Source: an uncultured bacterium (GTDB taxonomy: Bacteria > Verrucomicrobiota > Verrucomicrobiia > Limisphaerales > UBA8199). From it: a stretch of 64,000 nucleotides of DNA. The stretch lies in contig CAVVMW010000008.1 in assembly GCA_963749495.1 (NCBI GenBank), positions 298,830-362,829 on the forward strand, in the 5' to 3' direction. Made by a program: the position numbers and the translations under genes. The notes under the pieces were generated by a model that searched no databases, had not been told where the DNA came from, and saw only the letters and a program-made list of their open reading frames with translations. Positions 11,105 to 21,309 of this stretch are shown here, piece after piece. Position 1 is the first letter of the stretch. Every line of letters starts with the position of its first letter.

Positions 11105-11901
11105 ATCACCAGTCCTGGCTGGAACTGTCTCGGAGGCCAGAAGACCCCCACCACGACCCAAGTGTTGTATGGGAAGACCGTGCCCATGAAAAAGCGGGTG
11201 TCTCGGTCGCGACGGCAAAGCTCGTCCAGGAACTTGTGCCGGACGCTCTCCGCCGCCTTTTTCTCGTCCCCTAACCGAGCCAACTCCTTCAGGTAGAGCA
11301 CGCCCAATTCCCAGTCCTCGATCATGGCATTGTGCGGGGTCTGGTTGTCCTCGCACTCGAAGACGTAGCTGAATTTGAATGGGATTTTGGCCAGCGGTTT
11401 GGGCGGCGGGCCAAACAGCAGGAGTTGATTGTAGAGTTGCTGCCACTCCGGCTTCCACTCACGGTCGGCATCCTCGATGGTGAGGTCGAGAACCCGTCTT
11501 GGGCGGACGATGCCGATGGAGGTCTTGTCCTGCGCGTGAAGCGCCTGAAGCTGGAGAACGGTTTGAACGGGCAACCGGTCAATGATCTCCCGACGGCTGC
11601 GCCAGGCGTCGCCGGTTTCCAGAGGCGCTCCGAGCAACCGGATGGAATCGAGGTCAGGCTTCCGGCTCTCCTTCCGGTTGTCGTTGCCGCTGCCTCGCGC
11701 CGCCAGTTCGACCTCAATCCACTGGTATTTTCTGAATTTCTGATTGTGGGGCCGGTAGCGATAATCCACCGGGTACAGGCGCACCCATTCGCCAGCCTCG
11801 GTCACGCCCGCCGTGCAAACCAGTTCTTGATGCCCACGGGATGGAAGCGGGTAGGTCATCACCGTGATCAGGACTTTGGTTTTCTGGCAGCCCTCCTTCA
11901 A
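11101..11901 (-). CDS. Conserved hypothetical protein typically paired with DUF488 (possible OB-fold nucleic-acid-binding protein)
   Basis: ITVMTYPLPS..ELVCTAG..WVRLYP, FRKYQWIEV, IEDWE and FFMGT motifs; family link from recollection. Confidence 0.7.
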   Translation of the reverse strand: MKEGCQKTKVLITVMTYPLPSRGHQELVCTAGVTEAGEWVRLYPVDYRYRPHNQKFRKYQWIEVELAARGSGNDNRKESRKPDLDSIRLLGAPLETGDAWRSRREIIDRLPVQTVLQLQALHAQDKTSIGIVRPRRVLDLTIEDADREWKPEWQQLYNQLLLFGPPPKPLAKIPFKFSYVFECEDNQTPHNAMIEDWELGVLYLKELARLGDEKKAAESVRHKFLDELCRRDRDTRFFMGTVFPYNTWVVVGVFWPPRQFQPGLVI

Positions 11902-11910
11902 TCGTCCTCC

Positions 11911-12786
11911 TCATTTGGCAACCCGCAGGTCGCGAATTTCCAGCTCGGTGATTCTGGCGATCTGCTGGGCTAGGTGTGACCGGTGACAGCGGAGCGGCTG
12001 TTCCTCCTGGCAGACCAGCACGGACGGCACGCCGCTGACCCAACCGGCGATGCGCGTGATCGCCTCGGCTTGCTTCGGCAGCACCTCCTTGATGTAGCGG
12101 GCGAAAAGTCGGTCGTAATCGCCCTGCGTCGTGAGATCGCATCGCCAGTCGGATGGGATGCCGACCTCCGGCTCGTGACGGTATTCGATGTCGAGCCGTT
12201 CGCACAGTGAGGTCAGTGTGCTCTTGTGAAAGCCGTAGCGGCGGGAGACTGGATTGTGGCGCACGTCCACCAGGCGGCGGATGCCGGACTGGAGGAGGAG
12301 ATTCAAGAACCCGTCCACTTGCATCCCTTCGTAGCCCGCCGTGTAAACGGCGCAGGCGGCAACAGGGCGCTTTACTTTGCGCCGTTCTGCCTGCTCGGCG
12401 TTCAGCGTGAACCACGGGAACCGGCGATACACAGTGTCGAGCAAGGCGGTCGTGGAAAGCTGGCCGTAGTTTTGCAAGCAGCGTTCGATGTCCCGCTCGA
12501 TTGCCGGTTCACCGACACGCGGCGTGGGGAAGCTCGGTTTGCTGGCCTTCAGATCGGTGTCGCCGACCGCCGTCAATTCGCCCTGACGGATGAGAGCATC
12601 AAGTTCCTGGTATAGCGTGAACGAGAACGGCCCGAACTTGTAGGGCACGAATTGGTAGTGGGCTGTGGATATTTGCGATCGGGCATCCTGGGCGAGAAGA
12701 AACAGCCACTTTACCAACTGGAGACGGGAGGCTTTGCCGCCCGCTAGTTGGATCAAGTTGATCAGGATTTTCTGGCGCAGCATCAT
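11911..12786 (-). CDS. DUF488 protein with N-terminal wHTH/SocA-like domain
   Basis: YTAGYEG, LVDVRHNPVSRRYGF and C.E..P..CHR DUF488 motifs; N-terminal KWLFLL..YQFVPYKFGPFS. Confidence 0.85.
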   Translation of the reverse strand: MMLRQKILINLIQLAGGKASRLQLVKWLFLLAQDARSQISTAHYQFVPYKFGPFSFTLYQELDALIRQGELTAVGDTDLKASKPSFPTPRVGEPAIERDIERCLQNYGQLSTTALLDTVYRRFPWFTLNAEQAERRKVKRPVAACAVYTAGYEGMQVDGFLNLLLQSGIRRLVDVRHNPVSRRYGFHKSTLTSLCERLDIEYRHEPEVGIPSDWRCDLTTQGDYDRLFARYIKEVLPKQAEAITRIAGWVSGVPSVLVCQEEQPLRCHRSHLAQQIARITELEIRDLRVAK

Positions 12787-14822
12787 TCCGTGATTTCTTT
12801 CAGCATCGCGGCAATTTCGGCCTCCAGCGCCTTAATGTCACCCTCGATCTCAGCGAGAGGCCGGGGCGCCTGATACTTGTAGAAGTACCGGTTGAAGTTG
12901 ATTTCGTAGCCCACCTTGCCGACCTCGCCGTCCTGATGGTCCCGGGTGCCGGTGTTGGTCCAGGCGTCGGGGACGTGCGGCTTGACTTCCCGCTCAAAGT
13001 AGGCGTGGATGTCTTCCAGGAGCGGCACGTTCTCCGTGTCGCGGAGTTCCGGGTCTGGCTCCTGGTTTCCATCGGCATCCCGGCAGATTTTCGCCGTCTC
13101 GTCGCGCTCGGACAGGGCGCTGAAAATGGCTTTGCGTCCCGGCGCGCCGAGATTGAGGCCCGCGTGGTTAAGGGCGGACTCCAGGTCAGCCAGGAACGCT
13201 ACGCGGTCTTTGTAGAGCGTAGCGGGCATCCTCTTCAGCGCGGCCAGGATGGCGGCCTGCTGCTTGCGCCCCTCGGCCTCCTCAGCCGCCCTGGCCTTGG
13301 CGTCCTTCTTTTTGCTGATGGAGAGGCCCTGGAAGGCGGTTTCGTGCTCCAGCCGCGCCAGGCGCTCTGTGCTGACATGGAAATTCAGCCGCAACGGGCG
13401 CTCGACGGTTATCTTCCGGTAGCCGAAATCGGTCGTGGAGAAAATCTTCGAGTGCTCGCCCGCCGTAAACGCGGTGTAGATGCCCGCAATCTGGGCGATC
13501 TGGTCGGGGGAAATCTCGTGCCGCTTATCGCCCAGGCTCTTGCGCATCGGCACCCAGCAACTGGAGGCGTCAATCAACTGGACCTTGCCCTTCCGGCGCT
13601 TCTCCTTGCGGTTGCTGAGCACCCAGACGTACGTGCTGATGCCCGTGTTGTAGAACAACTGGTCCGGCAGGGCGATGAGGGCCTCCAGCCAGTCGTTCTC
13701 CAATATCCAGCGCCGGATTTCGCTCTCCCCGCTGGCGGCGTCGCCCGTAAACAGGGGTGACCCGTTCATGACGATGGCGACCCGCCCGCCGCCGTCCTGC
13801 GGATCTTTCATCCGGGAAAGCATGTGCTGGAGGAACAGGAGTTGGCCGTCGCTGATGCGTGGCAGGCCCGCGCCAAAGCGCCCGGCGTGACCACGGGCAG
13901 CCTCGGCCTCGACAGCGGCCTGGTCCATTTTCCACTCCTTGCCATAGGGCGGATTGGCGCACTGGTAATCGAAGCGGCGGTCGCCCAGTTGCCAGTTGGA
14001 CAAGGTGCTGCCGTACTTGATGTTGTCCGCATCCCGCCCGTCCAGCGATTTCACGTACAGGTCTGCCTTGCAGAGGGCAAAAGTCTCCGGCTGCGACTCG
14101 TGGCCGAACAGGTGAACGTCGGCGTTGGGGTTGATCTCCTGGATTTGCTCCTTGGCGCTGGTGAGCATTCCGCCCGAGCCGGAGCACGGGTCGCAGACCG
14201 TGCGGATGATGTGCTTCTGCTTGAGGACCTCCTTGTCCACGACCAGGAGCAGCCGCCCCATCAGCCGGACGACCTCGCGTGGGGTGAAGTGCTCGCCGGG
14301 GTTTTCATCCAGGGCCTCGTTGAACCGGCGCACCAACTCCTCGAAGATGTAGCCCATCTCGTGGTTGGACACCTTGTCCGGGTGGAGGTCAACGGCGCTG
14401 CCGGCGAACCGCTCCATGACCAGGAACAGCAGGCCGTACTCGTCGAGCTTGGCGATGGTGTTGGGGAAGTCGAACTTGTCGAGGACTTCGCGCATGTTCT
14501 CCGAGAAGGCGTTGATGTAGGCGCGCAGGTTTGTCGCCAGGTTCGGGGCGTCGTCCAGCAGCTTCTCGAAGTCGTACTTGCTGGTGTTGTAAAAGGCGAA
14601 GCCGGACGCCTTGCGCAGTTGCGGGTCCAGGTTCTCCAGCCTCCCCTTCAACTTGCCGTGCGTCAAGAGGACCCTTTCCTTGGTCGGGGCCAGGACGCAG
14701 TCGATGCGCCGGAGGACGGTAAAGGGCAGGATCACGTCCTGGTACTTGCCGCGCTTGAACCGGTCCCGGAGCAATTCTGCGATGGACCAGATGAAATTAA
14801 CCTTTTCGCCGAAGTTGTTCAT
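12783..14822 (-). CDS. hsdM: Type I R-M N6-adenine methyltransferase subunit M
   Basis: IWSIAELLR, GEHFTPREVV, DPCSGSGGML, ANPPY, LFYNTGI, GYEINFNRYFY. Confidence 0.95.
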   Translation of the reverse strand: MNNFGEKVNFIWSIAELLRDRFKRGKYQDVILPFTVLRRIDCVLAPTKERVLLTHGKLKGRLENLDPQLRKASGFAFYNTSKYDFEKLLDDAPNLATNLRAYINAFSENMREVLDKFDFPNTIAKLDEYGLLFLVMERFAGSAVDLHPDKVSNHEMGYIFEELVRRFNEALDENPGEHFTPREVVRLMGRLLLVVDKEVLKQKHIIRTVCDPCSGSGGMLTSAKEQIQEINPNADVHLFGHESQPETFALCKADLYVKSLDGRDADNIKYGSTLSNWQLGDRRFDYQCANPPYGKEWKMDQAAVEAEAARGHAGRFGAGLPRISDGQLLFLQHMLSRMKDPQDGGGRVAIVMNGSPLFTGDAASGESEIRRWILENDWLEALIALPDQLFYNTGISTYVWVLSNRKEKRRKGKVQLIDASSCWVPMRKSLGDKRHEISPDQIAQIAGIYTAFTAGEHSKIFSTTDFGYRKITVERPLRLNFHVSTERLARLEHETAFQGLSISKKKDAKARAAEEAEGRKQQAAILAALKRMPATLYKDRVAFLADLESALNHAGLNLGAPGRKAIFSALSERDETAKICRDADGNQEPDPELRDTENVPLLEDIHAYFEREVKPHVPDAWTNTGTRDHQDGEVGKVGYEINFNRYFYKYQAPRPLAEIEGDIKALEAEIAAMLKEITE

Positions 14823-15424
14823 GGCCGTGGCCCAAATCCCCTGCCGAGCGGTATTTTGGCAACCAGCATGGGGACTTGCATACCGCATTTGCCGTGGATC
14901 GGCAACGGATTTCCCGGTGGGTGCTGATTTGACAGCAGTGGCCATTTGCCGGCGCAACTCGGCATCTCTCCGAAAAAGGGGTCACATACCAGGGTTCGCG
15001 GAGCCGGGACGGGGTCAGAACAAAGTCTTTCCAGGGTTTTCCGCCGCTGCGGCCGGCGCAGGGTTCACCCTGGCCACTTCGGCCGGACACCGGTCTCTTC
15101 CCCCCCTCGGCTTCAGCGCCTCCAGCTCCGGTGCCGGGATGCACCGCCGAAACACCTCCGCGAAATCGTCCTTCACGCACCCCCGGCCCACCTCCTCCTC
15201 TATCCGAAGCTCGATTTTACCGAGCTGGTATCGGCTTCCACTCTGTCAAACAAAAACCATGCCGGCAAGAATCCCCCCATTTTACCGGCGCTGTAGTGCC
15301 TCGTTGCGGGTCGTGTTGCGGGGGCGACCTCAAGAATCCCCCGGTTCCATGCGCCTTGTAGCGCTGTAGCGGGTCTATACCCCCTGCCCCGTGGACCACC
15401 CGGTCAGAAGAACGGCTCCCCCTT

Positions 15425-15586
15425 AGGCGGTGGAAATAAATAAAGGCAGCAACCTGCCTTGTTCTTTTGGCGCCCAGCTTCGTTGTTCACTCGTTGCAGA
15501 TCGCTGCGGATATGCGCCTCGTTCACGCCTCGCTGGGCGCCAAAATCCCGGCGGCATCTTGCCACCTTTATTTATTTCCACCGCCT
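15425..15586. mobile_element. MITE/REPIN-like element with perfect 22-bp terminal inverted repeats
   Basis: AGGCGGTGGAAATAAATAAAGG (15425-15446) and its reverse complement (15565-15586). Confidence 0.6.
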
Positions 15587-15599
15587 TACCGCAAGGGAT

Positions 15600-15824
15600 C
15601 GGAGCCAAGCGCATCGAGCAGTTGGACGCTGGAAACCGTGCGCATTGTTTGGTGATCAGCGAAGGTCCAGACAATGTTTCCTTGGCGATGCGGCCCGAGG
15701 GCTCGACTTCCAGCAACCGCCCGCGGTTGCACTCGCCGATGAACGTATTGCCGTTGGTGAGGCGCTGGCAGGCATAGATTTCGCTCTCGGACTGGTAATC
15801 GAATCCTTGCGCATCATCTTTCAC
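15600..15824 (-). pseudogene. Fragment of a beta-propeller gene (FDYQSESEIYACQRLTNGNTFIGECNRGRLLEVEPSG)
   Basis: RL.NGNT.I.E....RLLEV propeller repeat; truncated next to the MITE. Confidence 0.5.
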
Positions 15825-18725
15825 CTCGCGACCAGGCTGGCGCAGGACCGCCTCAATTCCAGCAATTCCCGCTCCTGCTGGTCGCTGAACGAGCCGAGCC
15901 GCTGCGCGTAGGTATCCATCCACGTCAGGAGCCTCTCACGGCTCTCGGCGTCGAGCGCCACGCCGTAATGGCCTGAGGCGGCGTTCAGCAACGCCAACAG
16001 CGCGCTGTTCTGAGCGATGCCCTGGCCGGGAACCGAGAAGCCGCGCCGGTAGCCTTCCTGCACCTGCTCCCGAAGGCTGGGTTTGCCGAAAGCGACGAGG
16101 CTGTCGTAGGCCCTGGCCGGGGTTAGATCGAGCCGGGCAGCCAACGCGTTGGTTGCGTGCGGCTGGTGGCAGCTCACGCAGCTCCAGTCAAGCACCGGTT
16201 GCACGAGCCGGTCGAAGCGCAGCGGCCAGGAGCCTTCCGGGCCGGCGGTAAGGCTCGAAGGCGCCCGCGCGAGGGCCAGCGGGGTTATTGCGGGCGGGGC
16301 CTGCTGGCGATGCTCGTGGCAGCCGATGCAGCCGAGCGTCTGGCCCGGCTGCACATACGTTACAGTGCGCATGGTCTGGACCGCGGCGCCGCGGGAATCC
16401 AGCGCCTGGAAGAATACAATCACTCCCGCCGGGGCGCGGAAGTAAGCCGACCCATCAAGTTCCACCGGCACGGTGCCCAGGACGCATTTGCCCGGGTCAT
16501 CCTGGGTGATCCCCAGGCTCGGGTAGTTCATGGTCGGGTGCGTCTTTGCCGGAACGGCGACGAGGCGGAGGGACTTGACGGCGCCGCGTTGAACGCCGGG
16601 CAGGCCGCGATAAACATCGGCCAACAGGAAGGTGCCTTCCTTGGGGGCGCCACCGGCGAGTTGGCTGGCGAGGATGGGGGGCCGCTCGCGGGGGCGCACG
16701 GGGATTGGATCGCCGCAGGCAATGTCAGGGTCTGTCCAGAGTAGTTCACGAGTGCGCGTTGCGGCATCGTATAGGTAAAGCGCCATGCCGTCATTGGGGC
16801 GTTGCACGGCATGCCAGCGGTCCCAACCCTTCGGGCCCGGGACCCGCGCGCCTTCGCAACCCCAGGCCACGAGGTAAAACCGCTCGCTCAGCGGCCAGGG
16901 ATTGGCGTAGGAGGTGATCGGCCAGCCTTCGATTTCCGGGAACACCACCTCCGGGGTCAACCGGGTGATGGGCTGGGCGCCTTCCAGGCCGGCGCTCGGG
17001 TCCAGCAGCACGAGGCTGCCCATCGTTTGCGAATGATGGCCGCTGGCGGTGAAAACGATCTTGTGCGAGCCGGGGATCGGCTTGGCCTCGAAGGTGCAGT
17101 GGGGTGCCCGGGTGTAGTTCTTGTAAACCATGCGGGCGTTGGAGCCGTCGGGGTTGATCGCCCACAGGCCCATGAACGGCATGTTGTCGCGGTCGATATA
17201 ATCCCAGCGCGAGTAGAGGATGGTGCCGTCGTGGGCGATTTCCGGCGTCCACTCGAACATCTCGAACGGCGAAATCGCGCACAGGTCGGTGCCGTCGGCA
17301 TTCATTGTGTGCAGCGTATAGACGGCCACGGGCCGTTCCGGGCCGCCGCCACAGCGCACGTAGCAATCCGGCAGGTCCGGCCGCGCGAGCGTCCTCGCCG
17401 CGCTCTCGCGGCCGGCCTGCAGCGACTGCCCGCGGCGCGTCGAAAGAAACACGATCCGGCCGTCCGGCAGGTAACGTCCGTCAAAATCGTCGTACTTGCC
17501 GCGGGTAAGCCGGCGCACGCCCGAGCCATCCAAGCTCATCTCGAAGAGGTGGTAAAACGCGTCTTCGGGCACATTGGCTTTGTCGAGCTTGTTCGGCTCG
17601 CCAGCCAGACGCGGATAGTAGCGGCACCAGGCGAACAGGACCTTCGTGCCGTCGTAGGAGAGAGTCGGCCGGAGGAAGCTGCCGGGCTCGGTGAAGGACG
17701 TGGTGAGGCATTGCTCGGCGGGCGATGCGGTGGCGAACCCGTGCAGCAGGTAGATACCCCCGCCGGGCTTCGACCACCAGCCGTAGTATTGGTCGGACAT
17801 GTGGTTGAAACTGGCTGGAACTCGCTTGGTGAAGAGCAGCGTGTCAAAGCCGCGGAGCAAAGGGTTCTGCAGCCCAAGCTCTCGCTCAAGACGGCGGGCG
17901 TCGATGAAAAGCGGCTGAGCGGACTGTCCAGCGGGGAGGCGGGCGAGCCTTTGGCCGAGGTCCTCGATGAGCCCGCTTACTGCGGGGCTGCCCATCGCGT
18001 CCGGCGAAGGGCTTCGACGCGGCTGGCCGGAGCTGGATTGCCGGACGAGCCGCTCACAAACGGCGAGCGTCTGCCGGGTGCGCGCAGCCCAGTCCGCTTC
18101 CGCGGGGGCCGTGTGTGCGAATGACCATTGGGAAACGCTGGACTGGTCTGCCGGTTGATGCAAGGCGAGGTTCTTGTTCGGGTCGGTGACGCCAAAGACC
18201 TCGACCTCATCCAGGTGAAGGAAAGTGGTGCCGGGCAGCGCGAGACGGACGAAGCGAGCCCTCTGCCCTTTAACCTCGATGACGAGCGGTTTGCTATCGG
18301 AGAAACCATAGAATGTCGTGCCGTCATGCTGATAGGCTTGGCGGAACTCCTTGCCGTCATCCGAGAGCAGCAGTTTGATGAATCGCGCGCGTTCGGCCGC
18401 CGCGGTGCGGTTCCAGAGGGTCACCCGGGCAATGGCCTGCGAGCGGCCCAGGTCCACCTGCCACCACGGCTCGGGGGTTCACCCGTGTGGAAACCCCACT
18501 CGCCATTCTTGATGCCGTCGCACCCGCCCGCGGCGTCGGCCTGGGTCGTGACCGGCCCCGATACGGTGCCGAGCGCGGCCACTTGCTCAGCCAGCACCCA
18601 ATCGGCCTCGACGCGTTCCTGCCACGTGGCGGCAGATTGGGCTCGGACCAGCCCCCTCGCACAGGAGCCACCGTGAAGAGGAAGGCAAGAGGCAGGATCA
18701 GAGCCAAATGAGATCGAGCGTTCAT
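15821..18725 (-). CDS. Secreted discoidin + beta-propeller + diheme protein, hydrazine synthase alpha-like (frameshifts at ~18650 and ~18475)
   Basis: Signal peptide, WWQVDLG discoidin, YLPDGRIVFLSTR and YSRWDYIDR propeller motifs, GTVPVELDGSAYF..FFQALD middle domain, CIGCH and CVSCH. Confidence 0.8.
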
Positions 18726-20614
18726 AGCGACAACAGGTAAGCAACCAGGCCGTTGATCTGATCCGCAGTGAGGTGTGAAGTGTGGCCGTGCCGGTCATGG
18801 TTGTTGGCCTGGGTCAATACGTCGCGAAGGGTCGCGGCCGAGCCGTCGTGAAGATAGGGCGCGGTCCGCCAGATCTCGACCAGTGTCGGCGTATCAAAAG
18901 TGCCGGTGTCGAAGTCGGTGCGGGCGCGGGTGCCGACGTTGTAGGAGTGCAGGTCGGTAAATAACGGTCCAGGATGGCACCGGGCACAGCCCACCGTTTT
19001 GTTATGAAAGAGCTTCTGGCCGCGTCGCGCCGCCGCCGAGAGCTTGCCGTTCACCAGGTAAGGGCTGGCCACGGGCTGGAGAGACTTGAGGTAAGCGCCG
19101 ATAGCGTCCGCGACCTCCGGTCGCTGGACCGTGAACAGGATGTGCCGGAGGCCGGCGCCCACAGCGGCTTCGGCGCTTTCCCGCACACCGGTGCTCATGG
19201 CCGGGGGGGTCCGGAACACCAGCAGGAGGCTCTTGCTGTTCTTTGGATTGCCCAGGCCGTCGTTGAGCAGATCCCAGTTCAAGCCGTCGGTGCGCGCATC
19301 GCCAGGATGGCAGCTTGCGCAGCTTTGCCAGCCCTGGAAACAAAGGCGCGCGTCGTTGAAGTCGAGTTCCCCCTGGCGCGCGGCCGTCATCAGTGGCTTG
19401 GGTCCAAGCGGGATTGTCTCCGCCTTTGGCTCCGTGCCGTCCAGTTCGAGCGCGGTGAGCGTATCGGAGAAATAATTCGCGGTGTACACCACGCGGCCCA
19501 CCACCACGACGCCGCGCGGGCCGAGATCGCCTTCCGGCAACGGCCGCCGCTGGCACAGACCGACCAGGACCGAGAAGTCGTTCGCCACCTCGTCTTCGGC
19601 CGCCGCAGCGGTTAGTGGCGAGGCGCCGCCGGTTGAGGCCGAGGATTCGGGCTCGATGCGGCCCAACTTCTCAAGCAGCGCCGGAAAATCCGTCACGCTG
19701 ACTTCGTGGGTGCCCGCCAGAGCGACCACCAGGCTCTTGCCATCTGCGCTCCAGGCGGCGCCCCAGGGATTGGCGGCGCCACGGTCCACCGTGTCGAGCA
19801 ATACCGTATTGAGCACCCGCGGGGGATCGAGGGCGATGATCGTCTTGGCGTTGGTATTCATCCAGCCGCGCTCAAGCTGCGTCGTCGGCAGGTGGAACCG
19901 TCCCAGGACGTGCGTCACCACGGCGTATTTGCCGTCGGGTGAGATGCGCAGATCGTTCAACGACCCGCTTCCCTCGGGGAGCCACAGCTCCTCCACAACC
20001 TTGCCCAACGCGGTCTCAATAACGCTCACCACCGCGGCGACATGCCCGGCGTCCGCCCGGCCGGCGTGGAGATGATTGGCGACCAGCACCCGCCTGCCAT
20101 CGGGCGAAATGGCCGCGGCCACCGGCTCCCGCCGGACCGGAATCCGCCGGATCTCCCTCTTGGCGATGAGATCGATTACACTGACGTCGTCGTTGAATCG
20201 GTTGCAGACAAAGAGCGTTTTGCCGTCGGGCGAAACGACCGGCGCGCAAGCGGTGTGACCAACCGGCACTGCGCCGGTCACGCGCGCCTTGGCAATGTCC
20301 ACGAAGCAGACCTGGCTCGCCGGCCCGGCGCAGGCCACATACAGGATTTCTCCATCGGCGGAAACGGCCAGTCCGGACGGCTGTTTTGGCACTGGGACGG
20401 ACTTCACGACACGCCGGCTGGAAAGGTCGAGCACGAGCACGCGGCGGCCGGTGGCGCAAGCCACGAATAGGGTGGCGCCGTCCGGCGCGGCAACCAGCGC
20501 GCAAGGGGAGAGCCACGTTGGGTTCGCCTCAGGGGCGCCGGGCGCTGTGGAACAGAGCGAGAGCTGGAGCCCCACCGCTGCAGCCAGGGAACGCAATCCG
20601 GAAGGAAGACTCAT
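18722..20614 (-). CDS. YVTN-type beta-propeller fused to a diheme cytochrome c peroxidase-like domain
   Basis: Repeated SPDG..L.V.N....VSVID; CASCH, CARCH, FDTPTL..TAPYLHDGSA. Confidence 0.88.
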   Translation of the reverse strand: MSLPSGLRSLAAAVGLQLSLCSTAPGAPEANPTWLSPCALVAAPDGATLFVACATGRRVLVLDLSSRRVVKSVPVPKQPSGLAVSADGEILYVACAGPASQVCFVDIAKARVTGAVPVGHTACAPVVSPDGKTLFVCNRFNDDVSVIDLIAKREIRRIPVRREPVAAAISPDGRRVLVANHLHAGRADAGHVAAVVSVIETALGKVVEELWLPEGSGSLNDLRISPDGKYAVVTHVLGRFHLPTTQLERGWMNTNAKTIIALDPPRVLNTVLLDTVDRGAANPWGAAWSADGKSLVVALAGTHEVSVTDFPALLEKLGRIEPESSASTGGASPLTAAAAEDEVANDFSVLVGLCQRRPLPEGDLGPRGVVVVGRVVYTANYFSDTLTALELDGTEPKAETIPLGPKPLMTAARQGELDFNDARLCFQGWQSCASCHPGDARTDGLNWDLLNDGLGNPKNSKSLLLVFRTPPAMSTGVRESAEAAVGAGLRHILFTVQRPEVADAIGAYLKSLQPVASPYLVNGKLSAAARRGQKLFHNKTVGCARCHPGPLFTDLHSYNVGTRARTDFDTGTFDTPTLVEIWRTAPYLHDGSAATLRDVLTQANNHDRHGHTSHLTADQINGLVAYLLSL

Positions 20615-21309
20615 CTTGCAATCCGAGGATCGGACTTTTTGACGCCGCGCCCGGCTATGGATGCCGCGCCCGCGAGGGAGGATAGGTTCCTGCTCTTACT
20701 CACCATGGCCCAAGCATACCCACGTCCGGGGACTTCCGCAAGCGCCACGGAACCTGGATTCACTCGAACAGCACCATGTCCGGGCAGGAGGATGCGACAA
20801 AACAAGCGTTTCATGGCGGCGGCCCTCGGCGAGAGGTTGGTGGCGATCGTGGACGTGGATGACGGCCGCTTCGGCTAGGCTGGCGAGGCGCTGATCATAA
20901 ATCGCCGGGCGTGTTCCAGGCGGGACTTTGGCCGAGGGATGGCGTGGATGGAACGAGGATTCGTAATCAATTCTCTGCAATGTATCGAGTCCTTCTTCCG
21001 ACAAATACTCCTTCCAATAAGTGATTCTCAGGGCAGCCTTTTGGATTTCGTCGAGGACGCTGTAGAGGAAATGCTGCTTTGACTCACGGTTGAGGTTCGG
21101 TGCCAGGTGCCTGAAGTTTAACTCATCAAGCTCATGGGCGAATCGTTAAGATTTTTAAGCTCGCGGGGCGATGCGGTTGCGCGCTCATGCGACTGGCGGA
21201 TGAACTCGGATGCGGACGATTTCGGGATAATTCTTTCGCCGCTTAATGTCCCCTTAAGGTTCCTTCGCATAGATTGGCGGCAACTGAAGCAACCGTGCAA
21301 ATTGAGAAT

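Noticed and set aside
11105..11458. N-terminal extension of HsdS
   Set aside because: Overlaps the real 266-aa gene in another frame; HsdS similarity begins at 11104.
15821..20614. Evidence of anammox metabolism
   Set aside because: Only architectural similarity; there is an extra discoidin domain, no other anammox genes, and a heterotroph-like context.
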